From Chitinophaga pinensis (GTDB lineage Bacteria; Bacteroidota; Bacteroidia; Chitinophagales; Chitinophagaceae): a stretch of 54,850 nucleotides of DNA. Position 1 is the first letter of the stretch. Each line of letters opens with the position of its first letter. This document shows positions 41,333 through 51,691 of the stretch, piece after piece. The notes below the pieces were generated by a model. That model did not search any database, was not told the DNA's origin, and was given only the letters and a program-made list of their open reading frames with translations. Position numbers and translations under genes: made by a program. The stretch covers positions 1-54,850 of the forward strand of contig CALQKL020000001.1 of the NCBI GenBank assembly GCA_943331145.2, read 5' to 3'.

Positions 41333-41667
41333 TAAACGGATTTATTTAATTATAAAGATAGTCACCAACCCTAAGAAACTAAAAAAGCAACCCATTAAGT
41401 TCGATGCTTTTGAAGAACCATTTTTAAATCAATATATAGGCAATTGCTTATGATTGTTTTAAAAAAATCCTAACAAAAAATGACATCTCTGTGTTAGCAA
41501 CGGCGTGTCATATCTATTGGTTTTAATTGCCAACAAGTGTATTGTAAGAACGTTGTTCTTGTATATTCTTTAAGTAATTTTTTACCCTTAGAAAACAAAC
41601 CCAGTTTTAATCCGTACCCTTTTAAACGAATTGAATTAAAAATCATTAAAATTAGCATTCTGCAATT
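41333..41667 (+). other. 335-bp structured non-coding insert inside the dcw operon
   Basis: Hairpins at 41383-41411, 41437-41450, 41480-41511, 41517-41533 and 41546-41560, several with G-U pairs on the + strand; no convincing ORF. Confidence 0.55.
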
Positions 41668-43008
41668 ATGTCGATAAAATTAATCATACTCGGAGCTGGA
41701 GAAAGTGGCATCGGTGCTGCGCTTCTTGCCAAGCAAAAAGGGTATGATGTATTTGTAAGTGATGCAGGTATTATTGCTGAAAAGTATTTACAAGAATTAA
41801 CCAATAACGAAATTCCATTTGAACAATCTGGACATAATGAAGCAATTATTTTAAGTGCATCAGAAGTTATTAAAAGTCCAGGTATTCCAGAAAAGTCAGC
41901 TATTGTACAAAAAATTAGATTAAATAACATTCTAGTTATTAGCGAAATTGAATTTGCATACAGATATGCAAATGGAAGTAAAATCATTGCAATCACAGGA
42001 AGTAATGGGAAAAGCACTACTACCGCATTAACCTATCATATTTGTAAAACAGCAAATCAAAATTGTGCAATGGTAGGGAATATCGGTTTTTCTTTTGCTC
42101 GTCAGGTTGCTCAAGATCCTAAAGATTTATACATCATAGAAATAAGTTCTTTTCAATTGGATGATATAAAAACTTTCAGGCCAGATGTAGCTATCTTAAC
42201 AAATATTACAGAAGATCATTTAGATAGATATCAATACAAATTGGAAAACTATGTTAACAGTAAGTATCGAATTGTAGAAAATCAACGGCAATCTGATGTA
42301 TTCATTTATAATCTAGATGATGAAGTATCCATGAAATATATAACTAATTATACCATTAATTCAATCCAAGCTCCCATTACTATGAGAAAAGAACTGCCAC
42401 AAGGCGCCTACTTAACAAACGCTAAAATTTGCCTTAAATGGAAAAGCGAAGAAGTAGAGATGAACGTTAACGATTTTGCTGTAAAAGGTAAACACAATCT
42501 ATACAATAGTATGGCTGCAAGTATGGCAGTAACAGCTATTGATATACGAAAAGAAAAAATTAGAGAGGCTTTACAAACTTTTGAAAGTTTAGAGCATCGT
42601 ATGGAGAAAGTGGCTACCATTAAAGGGGTTGAATTTATCAATGATAGCAAAGCTACAAATGTTAACAGTACTTGGTTTGCGCTTGAAAGCATGACAAAGC
42701 CTGTGATATTGATTTTAGGTGGTGTAGATAAAGGAAATGATTACAATCTGCTCAAAGAAATGGTTTCTGAAAAAGTAAAAGCCATCGTTTGTATGGGTAC
42801 AGATAATTCAAAGATTGAAGAAGCATTTTCTGATATCATTCCACTTATCGTAAATACACAGAGCGCTGAAGAAGCAACCAATACCGCTTTTCAAATTGCC
42901 AACAAAGGAGAAGCAGTATTGTTGAGTCCCGCTTGTGCAAGTTTCGATTTGTTTAAAAACTTTGAAGATAGAGGTAATCAATTTAAAGCAGCAGTAAGAA
43001 ATTTATAA
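41668..43008 (+). CDS. murD: MurD ligase
   Basis: SPGIP, TGSNGKST, EISSFQL, DHLDRY, NDSKATN, SPACAS. Confidence 0.98.
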   Translation: MSIKLIILGAGESGIGAALLAKQKGYDVFVSDAGIIAEKYLQELTNNEIPFEQSGHNEAIILSASEVIKSPGIPEKSAIVQKIRLNNILVISEIEFAYRYANGSKIIAITGSNGKSTTTALTYHICKTANQNCAMVGNIGFSFARQVAQDPKDLYIIEISSFQLDDIKTFRPDVAILTNITEDHLDRYQYKLENYVNSKYRIVENQRQSDVFIYNLDDEVSMKYITNYTINSIQAPITMRKELPQGAYLTNAKICLKWKSEEVEMNVNDFAVKGKHNLYNSMAASMAVTAIDIRKEKIREALQTFESLEHRMEKVATIKGVEFINDSKATNVNSTWFALESMTKPVILILGGVDKGNDYNLLKEMVSEKVKAIVCMGTDNSKIEEAFSDIIPLIVNTQSAEEATNTAFQIANKGEAVLLSPACASFDLFKNFEDRGNQFKAAVRNL

Positions 43009-43036
43009 TCATATTTTGAAAAGTATTTCGCTTTTT

Positions 43037-44383
43037 ATGCAAGAAACAATAGAAAAAATAAAACGATTTTTTAATCCAGGTTTAGATAACAATTTAGCCA
43101 CTTCAGCTCCTTTTAATATTGGAGATGTAGGCAGTAATCTTGTTGTAAAAACAAAGGGAGATCGAGTTATCTGGTCTATTGTAATTATTCTTACTATGGC
43201 GAGTTTGCTCTTGGTTTATAGCAGTACAGGTTCTTTGGCTTTTAGGATGAGTAGAAGTACGGAAAGTTATTTATTCAAGCAATTTGCTTTTATAATTGTA
43301 GGACTGCTGTTCATTTATTTTTTTCACAGAATCAATTATACATTTTTTTCAAGGTTAGCGCTAATTCTATTTATAGTTTCAATACCATTATTGTTTTACA
43401 CATTGTTTTTTGGTGTTGAGCTTAATGCGGGAAGCAGATGGATTAGACTTCCAGTTATTAATATGACTTTCCAAACTTCTGATTTTGCCAAGTTGGCTTT
43501 GTTTATGTACATGAGTAGAATGTTGAGTAGAAAGCAATTGGTGATAAAAGATTTTAAAAAAGGCTTTATACCAATTGTGACGCCTGTGATAATAATCTGT
43601 GGATTCATCGCGCCAGCTAATTTATCAACGTCAATATTGGTTTTCGGAACAAGTATGATGCTTATGTTTATTGGAAGAGTGAGTACTAAACATTTGATGG
43701 GTGTTATATTAGTTGCAATGATCCCTGTTGTTTTGCTGGTTGCTATTGCAGTTTCTACTTATAATAAAGAAACTAAAAAAGGCAATGAATTACCGGTTGC
43801 ATTAAGGGTTGCACGTATCCCAACATGGATAGGTAGAATTCAAACATTTTTATACGTTCAAAAAGAAGATGATAGCGAAAAGTCGTATCAAAATAATCAA
43901 GCAAAAATTGCTGTTGCCAATGGTGGTTGGTTTGGTCGTGGTCCTGGAAATAGTTTGCAAAGAAATTTTTTGCCGCATTGCTACAGCGATTTCATTTATG
44001 CCATTATTATTGAAGAGTACGGTTTTGTAGGGGCAGCATTTATGTTGATGATTTATATGCTTTTCTTATTTAGATGTATTCGACTATATAAAAAATGTCC
44101 ATTTGCATTTGGTGCATTTCTGGCACTAGCATTAAGTTTTACTTTAGTTATTCAGGCAATTGCAAATATGGGGGTTAATGTTAGTTTGTTGCCTAATACA
44201 GGGGTTACGCTTCCTTTGGTAAGTATGGGTGGTAGCAGTTTGTGGTTTACTTGTATTTCTATAGGAATTATTTTAAGTGTTGCAAGAAATGTTGAACAAC
44301 AAGAAGGTTCGCAACTCAAAAATTTAGAAGCAGCAGTGGCGGCAGAATCAGAATCAAAAGAAACAGAAACGAAAAATAGTTAA
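43037..44383 (+). CDS. ftsW: SEDS protein FtsW
   Basis: RWI, FQTSDFAK, SDFIYAII, GVTLPLVSMGG. Confidence 0.95.
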   Translation: MQETIEKIKRFFNPGLDNNLATSAPFNIGDVGSNLVVKTKGDRVIWSIVIILTMASLLLVYSSTGSLAFRMSRSTESYLFKQFAFIIVGLLFIYFFHRINYTFFSRLALILFIVSIPLLFYTLFFGVELNAGSRWIRLPVINMTFQTSDFAKLALFMYMSRMLSRKQLVIKDFKKGFIPIVTPVIIICGFIAPANLSTSILVFGTSMMLMFIGRVSTKHLMGVILVAMIPVVLLVAIAVSTYNKETKKGNELPVALRVARIPTWIGRIQTFLYVQKEDDSEKSYQNNQAKIAVANGGWFGRGPGNSLQRNFLPHCYSDFIYAIIIEEYGFVGAAFMLMIYMLFLFRCIRLYKKCPFAFGAFLALALSFTLVIQAIANMGVNVSLLPNTGVTLPLVSMGGSSLWFTCISIGIILSVARNVEQQEGSQLKNLEAAVAAESESKETETKNS

Positions 44384-44395
44384 TTGAATAGATTA

Positions 44396-45493
44396 ATGGC
44401 AAAGGGCAAGAGATTTATAATAGCAGGCGGTGGAACAGGAGGGCATATATTCCCAGCTATAGCGATTGCTCAAATGTTAAAAAAAATATCACCTGATTCT
44501 AATTTTTTATTTGTTGGTGCGAAAGGAAAAATGGAAATGGAAAAGGTACCACAGGCAGGTTTTGATATAGAAGGCTTAACCATAGCGGGTTTTAATAGAA
44601 GTTCTTTGATAAAAAATATAGGGTTGCCGATAAAACTGATTCAAAGTTTTATTCAGGTTTCTCAAATTTTTAAAAAATTTAAACCAGATGCTGTAATCGG
44701 CGTAGGTGGATATTCTAGTTTTCCGGTTTTAAGATTCGCGCAGTCTAAAGGCATTCCAACCTTTATTCATGAGTCGAATTCTTTTGCAGGAAAATCAAAT
44801 CAGATGTTGGGGAAAAATGCTTCAAAAATTTTTACAGCAACTGATGGAATGGAATTGTTTTTTCCAAAAGATAAAATAATCGTAAGTGGAAATCCCGTTC
44901 GCACTTCAATAATTAATCATAAAGTGTCAACTGAAGAAGGATTAGATCATTTTGGGTTGGATAAAAATAAAAAAACAATTTTTAGTGTAGGCGGTAGTTT
45001 GGGCGCACAAAGTATCAATGAAGCCATTTTGAAAAACCTTCATTTTTTTGAAAATGGGAATGTGCAATTGATTTGGCAAACGGGCAAATCTTTTTATAAT
45101 CAAGCATTAGAAAAATGTAAAGGTTTTAAAAATATTGTGGTAAAAGATTTTATAACACAAATGGAGTATGCTTATGCAGCAGCAGATGTTGTGATTAGTA
45201 GAAGTGGGGCAATGGCAGTTTCTGAATTGTGTATCGTTGGTAAACCGGTTTTTTTTGTGCCTTTTCCATTTGCAGCTGAAAACCATCAGATGGTAAATGC
45301 TAAAAAAATTGTAGAAAAAAATGCGGCTTTGGTAATGGAAGATAAAGGTGCTTTAGAAAAACTAATTCCTGAAGTATTTGAGTTGCTAAATAATAACGAT
45401 TTACAAAATAAATTAAAACAAAACATATCAAAACTTGGCGTTTTAAATGCTGATGAAATTATAGCCAATCAAATATTGGATATTATAAAATAA
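44396..45493 (+). CDS. murG: MurG glycosyltransferase
   Basis: GGGTGGH, GGYSS, GNPVR, GGSLGA, SRSGA. Confidence 0.98.
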   Translation: MAKGKRFIIAGGGTGGHIFPAIAIAQMLKKISPDSNFLFVGAKGKMEMEKVPQAGFDIEGLTIAGFNRSSLIKNIGLPIKLIQSFIQVSQIFKKFKPDAVIGVGGYSSFPVLRFAQSKGIPTFIHESNSFAGKSNQMLGKNASKIFTATDGMELFFPKDKIIVSGNPVRTSIINHKVSTEEGLDHFGLDKNKKTIFSVGGSLGAQSINEAILKNLHFFENGNVQLIWQTGKSFYNQALEKCKGFKNIVVKDFITQMEYAYAAADVVISRSGAMAVSELCIVGKPVFFVPFPFAAENHQMVNAKKIVEKNAALVMEDKGALEKLIPEVFELLNNNDLQNKLKQNISKLGVLNADEIIANQILDIIK

Positions 45494-45496
45494 AAA

Positions 45497-46912
45497 ATGA
45501 CGGATCATATAAACCATATCAACACTTTTATCAAAGAGGTTTCATTGGGTGAAGCTAAAGGTAAACGTGTGTACTTTTTAGGCATTGGAGGTATTGGTAT
45601 GAGTGCAATTGCACGTTATTTTAAAAGTAGAGGTTTAATTGTTAGTGGTTATGACAAAACTGAAACAGCATTAACATTAAAACTAGTAGAAGAAGGTTTT
45701 GGTATTCATTATACAGATGATGTAAACTTAATTGATAAGGAAGCGAGTTTGTTTATTTATACACCGGCGATTCCTAAAAATCATAAAGCGTATAATTACT
45801 TAGTTGAAAATGGATTACCGTTATTTAAAAGAAGTGAAGTGCTTGGCATGATTATTAACTTGTCTTATAATGTTTGTGTTGCGGGTACACATGGTAAAAC
45901 GACTACAAGTTCAATGATAGCGCACATTTTACGTGATAGTGATTTTGGATGCAACGCTTTTTTGGGTGGGATTACTTCAAATTATAACACCAATTTTTGG
46001 ACGAGTGAAAAAAATGTTTGTGTAGCTGAAGCAGATGAATATGATAGAAGCTTTTTGAAATTAACGCCTGATGTTGCTGTGATTACATCAATAGATCCAG
46101 ACCATTTGGATATATACGAAACCGAACAAAATTTTGTTGATGCTTTTGTTTCTTTTAGCCAAAAAGTAAAACCAGGAGGGCTACTAATTATAAAATTGGG
46201 ATTAGATAAATCACATGGATTTGAATCTGAAAATAAACTAACGTATAGCGTAGACGATAACAAAGGAGATTGTTTTGCAATTAATATTATGCATAAAAAT
46301 GGCTCTTACTATTTTGATGCTCAAATTAAAAATCAAGTTGTAAAAGGGCTTTCGTTACACATGGGTGGGATGCATAATTTAGAAAATGCAATAGCGGCTA
46401 TTGCTGTAGCAAAAAATCTAAATATTTCGGATGAAAAAATCATTCATGCTGTTGCTAATTTCAAAGGGGTAAAAAGAAGATTTGAATACATTATGCATAC
46501 TTCTGATGTAGTAATGATTGATGATTATGCGCATCATCCTCAGGAATTAAGTGCATTGATTCAGGGTGCAAAAGGGTTGTTTGTAGAAAAAAAATGTACG
46601 TTGATTTTTCAGCCTCATTTATTTTCACGCACAAGAGATTTTGCAACAGGATTTGCATCGGTTTTAAATATGGCGGATGAGGTTTTTTTATTGCCAATTT
46701 ATCCGGCAAGAGAATTGCCTATTGAAGGGGTAAATAGCGAAATGATTGCAGGTTTGATGGAAAACCCCAAAGTGAAATGTTGTTCAAAATCAGAAATTAT
46801 AGAGATTGTAAAACAGAAATCAGAAGCAGGTGAAATAGAAATGTTGATTACAGCAGGAGCCGGTGATATCGACTCATTGGTAGAACCATTAAAAAACACA
46901 TTAATCAAATAA
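45497..46912 (+). CDS. murC: MurC ligase
   Basis: GIGGIGMS, GTHGKTTT, EADE, DDYAHHP, FQPH. Confidence 0.98.
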   Translation: MTDHINHINTFIKEVSLGEAKGKRVYFLGIGGIGMSAIARYFKSRGLIVSGYDKTETALTLKLVEEGFGIHYTDDVNLIDKEASLFIYTPAIPKNHKAYNYLVENGLPLFKRSEVLGMIINLSYNVCVAGTHGKTTTSSMIAHILRDSDFGCNAFLGGITSNYNTNFWTSEKNVCVAEADEYDRSFLKLTPDVAVITSIDPDHLDIYETEQNFVDAFVSFSQKVKPGGLLIIKLGLDKSHGFESENKLTYSVDDNKGDCFAINIMHKNGSYYFDAQIKNQVVKGLSLHMGGMHNLENAIAAIAVAKNLNISDEKIIHAVANFKGVKRRFEYIMHTSDVVMIDDYAHHPQELSALIQGAKGLFVEKKCTLIFQPHLFSRTRDFATGFASVLNMADEVFLLPIYPARELPIEGVNSEMIAGLMENPKVKCCSKSEIIEIVKQKSEAGEIEMLITAGAGDIDSLVEPLKNTLIK

Positions 46913-46920
46913 TTGACACA

Positions 46921-48135
46921 ATGAAATCAATTAAAGAAATAAACATAAAAAAAATCCTAGTTACATTTTTGTGGATTTGCTTGGGTTTGGCCAGTTTGAC
47001 ATTGTTGGTTAGTGGCATTTATAAGAAAGATACCAGTGTTTGTAAAGGCTATGAAATTGAAATACTTGGAATTAATAATAATTTTTTTATTGGGAAAACA
47101 GAGATTTTAGATATTTTAAAAAAGGTTTCGGGTGAAGAGATTAAAGGTCAAGCAATTAACAAAATGAATTTGCTGGAAATGGAAAATCAAATAAAAAAAG
47201 ATGTTTGGATAAGCAAAGCAACTTTGTATTTTGATAAGAATGATGTTTTAATGGTGAAGGTTGAAGAGAAAAATCCTATTGCAAGAGTTTTTTCAAATCA
47301 AGGAACTTCTTTTTACATAGATCATAGTTTAAACATGTTGCCATTAAGTAAAACGCATTCAGCAAGATTACCTGTCTTTACAAATTTCCCATCAGCATTG
47401 CAAGTGCTTTCGAAATCGGATAGTGCATTATTGGAAAATATTAAAGTCATGAGTTTGTACATTCAAAATGATCCGTTTTTGATGGCAATGATTGACCAGG
47501 TAGATATTACAGCTTCACATAAATTTGAATTGATCCCAAAATTGGGAGATCAGATTATTTTATTTGGCGACGCATCAAATATTGATAAGAAATTTGACAA
47601 ACTGAAATTGTTTTATAAAAATGTAATTTCTGTAAAAGGGTGGAAAAAATACAGCAAAGTAAACCTTGAGTTTGAAAACCAAATTGTGGCATCCATTGTA
47701 GGTAAAGAAGAACAAATAGCAGATTCATTAAAGACAATGAAAATGATAAAAGAATTTGCTGAATATTCCGCAAAAATGTCCAGCGATACTTCATCAGCAA
47801 TGCAACAAGACAATGAGAAAAATACGGTTAATGAGTCTATGATTTTAAATTCAATTGCAAGGGATGAAGAGCCGGAAGAATCAAATAAATTGGTATTTGA
47901 AGCTTCATCGCCTTTAGTAAAGCCAATTGTAAATTCAAATCCAACAACATTCAAAAAAGTTGACGTTGCTAAATTACCAGTTGTAACAAAAGAGCCAAAA
48001 AAAGTAGCAAAGTCTTCTTCAAAAGTTACACTAAAAATAGAAAAGAAAACGGTGGATAAAAACAAAGTGAATAAGGGTGCAAAACCGAGAGTAGAAAAGG
48101 CGAAATTAAAGTCAACAACAAATAATGATTACTAA
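46921..48135 (+). CDS. ftsQ: Cell division protein FtsQ with Lys-rich C-terminal extension
   Basis: One TM, POTRA-like region, PIARV; position between murC and ftsA. Confidence 0.85.
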   Translation: MKSIKEINIKKILVTFLWICLGLASLTLLVSGIYKKDTSVCKGYEIEILGINNNFFIGKTEILDILKKVSGEEIKGQAINKMNLLEMENQIKKDVWISKATLYFDKNDVLMVKVEEKNPIARVFSNQGTSFYIDHSLNMLPLSKTHSARLPVFTNFPSALQVLSKSDSALLENIKVMSLYIQNDPFLMAMIDQVDITASHKFELIPKLGDQIILFGDASNIDKKFDKLKLFYKNVISVKGWKKYSKVNLEFENQIVASIVGKEEQIADSLKTMKMIKEFAEYSAKMSSDTSSAMQQDNEKNTVNESMILNSIARDEEPEESNKLVFEASSPLVKPIVNSNPTTFKKVDVAKLPVVTKEPKKVAKSSSKVTLKIEKKTVDKNKVNKGAKPRVEKAKLKSTTNNDY

Positions 48136-48191
48136 GAATTAAACTTAAAAAACAATAACATTTAAAATAAAAAACAAACACACAAACAATT

Positions 48192-49622
48192 ATGCAACAC
48201 GAACAACCCATTATTGTAGGCCTAGATATAGGAACTACTAAAATCGCTGCCATTGCTGGTAGAAAAAATGAATTTGGAAAACTCGAAATCTTAGGTTTCG
48301 GACGCGCCAATAGTAATGGCGTACAACATGGAATGGTATTGAATATCGACCAAACCATAAAGGCCATTCAGACTGCATTAGAAAGATGTATTGAAAGCAA
48401 TCCTGAGTTGGAAGCAGAGATACACGAAGTTTATGTAGGGATTGCTGGTCAGCACATTAAGAGTTTACAAACAAGAGGCGACATCGTCCGTCAAAATATT
48501 GAAGATGAAATCAGTCAGGATGAAATCGACAGATTGGTTGCAGATCAATATCGTACATATATACCATTAGGCGATCAAATAATAGATGTAATTCCTCAAC
48601 AATTTACTGTAGATAATCATCCAAATATTCCAAATCCAATTGGGTATAGCGGTGTAAAAGTAGGTGCGAATTTTCACATCATTACAGGGGATAAAAATGC
48701 AATTAGAAACATCAACCGTAGTGTAGAAAAATCAGGATTAAAAACAAAAGATCTGGTATTACAACCATTAGCATCTGCAGCAGCAGTAATGAGTGAGCAA
48801 GATTTAGAAGCAGGTGTAGCTATCGTAGATATAGGTGGTGGCACAACAGATTTAGCTGTGTTTTCTGAAGGCGTTTTAAAATATACTGCTGTAATTCCAT
48901 TTGGTGGCGAAAACATAACCAACGACATTAAATTGGGGTTAGGTGTGCTAAGAACACAAGCCGAAGCGATGAAAGTACAATTTGGTAGTGCATTGAGCGA
49001 TCAAACTAAAGCAAATACATTCATTACTATTCCTGGTTTACGTGGAATGGCGCCAAAAGAAATTGCGGTTAAAAACTTAGCAAATATTATTCAAGCTCGT
49101 ATGAGCGAGATTATGGATTTTGTTACCTATCATTTAAAACAAGTAGGATTAGACAGCCGTTCTTTAAATGGTGGAATTATTTTAACTGGTGGGGGTTCTC
49201 AATTAAAACACCTTTTGCAATTAACAGAGTTCTTAACAGGATTAAATGCACGCATTGGATATCCTAATGAGCATTTGTCTGGAGATCATTTAGCTGAGTT
49301 GGAAAAACCAATGTATAGCACTTGTATAGGTTTGATATTAAAAGGTTACAATGACTACGAAAATAAATACAAATCTACTGTTGCTGAAGAAGTAACGGAG
49401 AAGTCATGGAAAAAGGTTACACATAAAGCAGATGTTCAAATTGACATTGAAGAACCAGTTTTGGAAACACCAGTTAATCAAGCGGTTAAAACAGAGGAGC
49501 CTATAATAGTTGAACCTCGTAAGAAAACACTAAAAGCATTTTTAGATTCAATAAAAACGGATATTATCAATTTGTTCCAAGAGGAAGATGATAAAGAATT
49601 CGAAGAATTAAAGAATCAATAA
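48192..49622 (+). CDS. ftsA: Cell division protein FtsA
   Basis: GLDIGTTK, DIGGGTT, LTGGGS. Confidence 0.98.
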   Translation: MQHEQPIIVGLDIGTTKIAAIAGRKNEFGKLEILGFGRANSNGVQHGMVLNIDQTIKAIQTALERCIESNPELEAEIHEVYVGIAGQHIKSLQTRGDIVRQNIEDEISQDEIDRLVADQYRTYIPLGDQIIDVIPQQFTVDNHPNIPNPIGYSGVKVGANFHIITGDKNAIRNINRSVEKSGLKTKDLVLQPLASAAAVMSEQDLEAGVAIVDIGGGTTDLAVFSEGVLKYTAVIPFGGENITNDIKLGLGVLRTQAEAMKVQFGSALSDQTKANTFITIPGLRGMAPKEIAVKNLANIIQARMSEIMDFVTYHLKQVGLDSRSLNGGIILTGGGSQLKHLLQLTEFLTGLNARIGYPNEHLSGDHLAELEKPMYSTCIGLILKGYNDYENKYKSTVAEEVTEKSWKKVTHKADVQIDIEEPVLETPVNQAVKTEEPIIVEPRKKTLKAFLDSIKTDIINLFQEEDDKEFEELKNQ

Positions 49623-49664
49623 AATAAAATCCATTATTACTTACTAACCCCAAAAAGTTCCAAT

Positions 49665-51647
49665 ATGATACAATTTGATTTGCCAAAAGAACAATCATCA
49701 ATTATCAAAGTAATTGGTGTGGGTGGTGGAGGCAGCAATGCGGTAAACCACATGTTTTCTCAAAATATAGAAGGTGTAAATTTTATAATTTGCAACACAG
49801 ATGCACAGGCAATAGCTTTAAGTAGTGTGCCAAATAAAATTCAATTGGGCCCACATTTAACCCAAGGGTTGGGTGCAGGTGCAAATCCCAATATTGGTCG
49901 CCAAGCTACCGAAGAAAGTTTAGATGAAATAAAACGCATTTTGGAAGTGAATACCAAAATGGCATTTATTACTGCTGGAATGGGTGGTGGTACTGGTACA
50001 GGTGGCGCTCCAATTATAGCAAAGATTTGTAAAGATTTGGGAATCCTTACGGTAGGTATTGTTACAACTCCATTTGCTTATGAAGGTAAAAAAAGAATTG
50101 CCCAAGCTCAAGAAGGTATTGATTTGCTAAAACAAAGCGTGGATACTTTGTTGATCATCAGCAACGATAAACTTCGCCATCAATTTGGCAATTTAAAAAT
50201 GAAAGAAGCTTTCGGTCGTGCAGATAATGTTTTAGCAACCGCAGCAAAATGTATCACTGATGTAATCAATAGTACAGGACAAATTAATGTGGATTTTGCC
50301 GATGTATGTACGGTTATGAAGGATGGTGGTGTTGCAATATTAGGAAGCGCTTCTGCAGCAGGTGAAAACAGGGCACAAATTGCCATTGAAAGTGCGCTTA
50401 CTTCTCCATTATTAAATGATAATGATATTAAAGGTGCAAAATGGATTTTAATAAACATCAATAGTGCTGAAGGGGATCACGAACATACTATGGATGAAAT
50501 TGAAATCATTCAAAATTATATTATTTCACAAGCTGGTGATGAAACAGATGTAATCTTAGGATTAGGTTTTGATAATTCTCTTGGAAGTGAAATTAGCATC
50601 ACATTGATTGCTACAGGTTTTGATCGTAATGATCCATTTTCAACATCAGATTCAAATGCAAAAAAACCAGAAGACGATCGTGTTGTTTTGCAACTTGAAG
50701 CTCCTGTACAACCAATTGTTTCTATCCCTTTAGCTAAAGAAATTGAAAAAGTTATTGAAAATCAAGTTGAAGAAAAAATGCTGTTGCCAGTAGAATTAGA
50801 ATTGAAAGCAGAATTGGTTGAGCAAGTGGAAAACAAAATTGAAGCTAAAGTTGAAAATAAAATTGAAGCAACTGAACAAAACCCAGTTATTCAATTTACA
50901 TTAACTGAAAAAGATACAACATCTTCAGAAACGATAGCGATTCAGCCAGTAGAAAAACCAACGATTGAGGCTCCTGTATTTTTTGAAATCTCTTCTGCAG
51001 TGGATCAACTTCCAATTATTGAATTTGAATTTGATGAACCGGTAGTTAACAATGAAATGCCAAAAGCAGAAATAACAGTTGAGCCAATTCAAAATGCTGC
51101 AACTATTGAAAATGATACTGAGCAAGAATCATTACCAATTTCGGGCGGTTATTTAGCAAAGCCAACTCAAATTTATGCTGTAGAAGAAGAAAACCAATCT
51201 GCACAAAATAATGTAACTGTTACTCAAATAGAAGAAGTTAAAAACCCAGAAAACTTTGAAGCTTCAAATGAAAACGAATCTTTAGATTTCACAGTCTTTG
51301 AAAAACAAACGGTTGAAGTGAAAAATGTTGCACCAATTGCAACTATGGTTTCTGTTGATGAAGTATCTAACGAAACGGCAGCATTACCCGATGAATCAGA
51401 AGATCTTAGACGTAGGGCAAATGAGCGTTTGGCAAAGCTTCGCAACCTTTCTTTTAATGTTGGAAGTTCGGATCCAAATAGTGAGTATGACACCGTACCC
51501 GCTTACCTAAGACGCAATATGGAAAAGCAAGTTCAAATTGCCGATGTAGAAACATTTTATAGTCATTATACCGTAAAAAATAATAGCGAAAATCAAATAG
51601 AACTCAATACCATCAATTCTTTTTTAGATGGTAAAAAACCAGATTAA
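49665..51647 (+). CDS. ftsZ: Cell division protein FtsZ with long acidic linker
   Basis: GVGGGG, GGGTGTG, NVDFAD, PAYLRR. Confidence 0.99.
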   Translation: MIQFDLPKEQSSIIKVIGVGGGGSNAVNHMFSQNIEGVNFIICNTDAQAIALSSVPNKIQLGPHLTQGLGAGANPNIGRQATEESLDEIKRILEVNTKMAFITAGMGGGTGTGGAPIIAKICKDLGILTVGIVTTPFAYEGKKRIAQAQEGIDLLKQSVDTLLIISNDKLRHQFGNLKMKEAFGRADNVLATAAKCITDVINSTGQINVDFADVCTVMKDGGVAILGSASAAGENRAQIAIESALTSPLLNDNDIKGAKWILININSAEGDHEHTMDEIEIIQNYIISQAGDETDVILGLGFDNSLGSEISITLIATGFDRNDPFSTSDSNAKKPEDDRVVLQLEAPVQPIVSIPLAKEIEKVIENQVEEKMLLPVELELKAELVEQVENKIEAKVENKIEATEQNPVIQFTLTEKDTTSSETIAIQPVEKPTIEAPVFFEISSAVDQLPIIEFEFDEPVVNNEMPKAEITVEPIQNAATIENDTEQESLPISGGYLAKPTQIYAVEEENQSAQNNVTVTQIEEVKNPENFEASNENESLDFTVFEKQTVEVKNVAPIATMVSVDEVSNETAALPDESEDLRRRANERLAKLRNLSFNVGSSDPNSEYDTVPAYLRRNMEKQVQIADVETFYSHYTVKNNSENQIELNTINSFLDGKKPD

Positions 51648-51691
51648 TCGCTTCTAGAATATTAAATGCTGTTTGTGATGTTTGTTTGTGT

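Noticed and set aside
41342-41395. 17-aa hydrophobic ORF on the - strand (MGCFFSFLGLVTIFIIK), type I toxin-like
   Set aside because: Very short, with hydrophobicity expected from base composition, no clear promoter, and hairpin G-U pairs that favour the + strand. It cannot be excluded without ribosome profiling.
34629-51647. Absence of murF, murB and ddl from the dcw cluster
   Set aside because: This is the usual arrangement in Bacteroidota, so it is not unusual.
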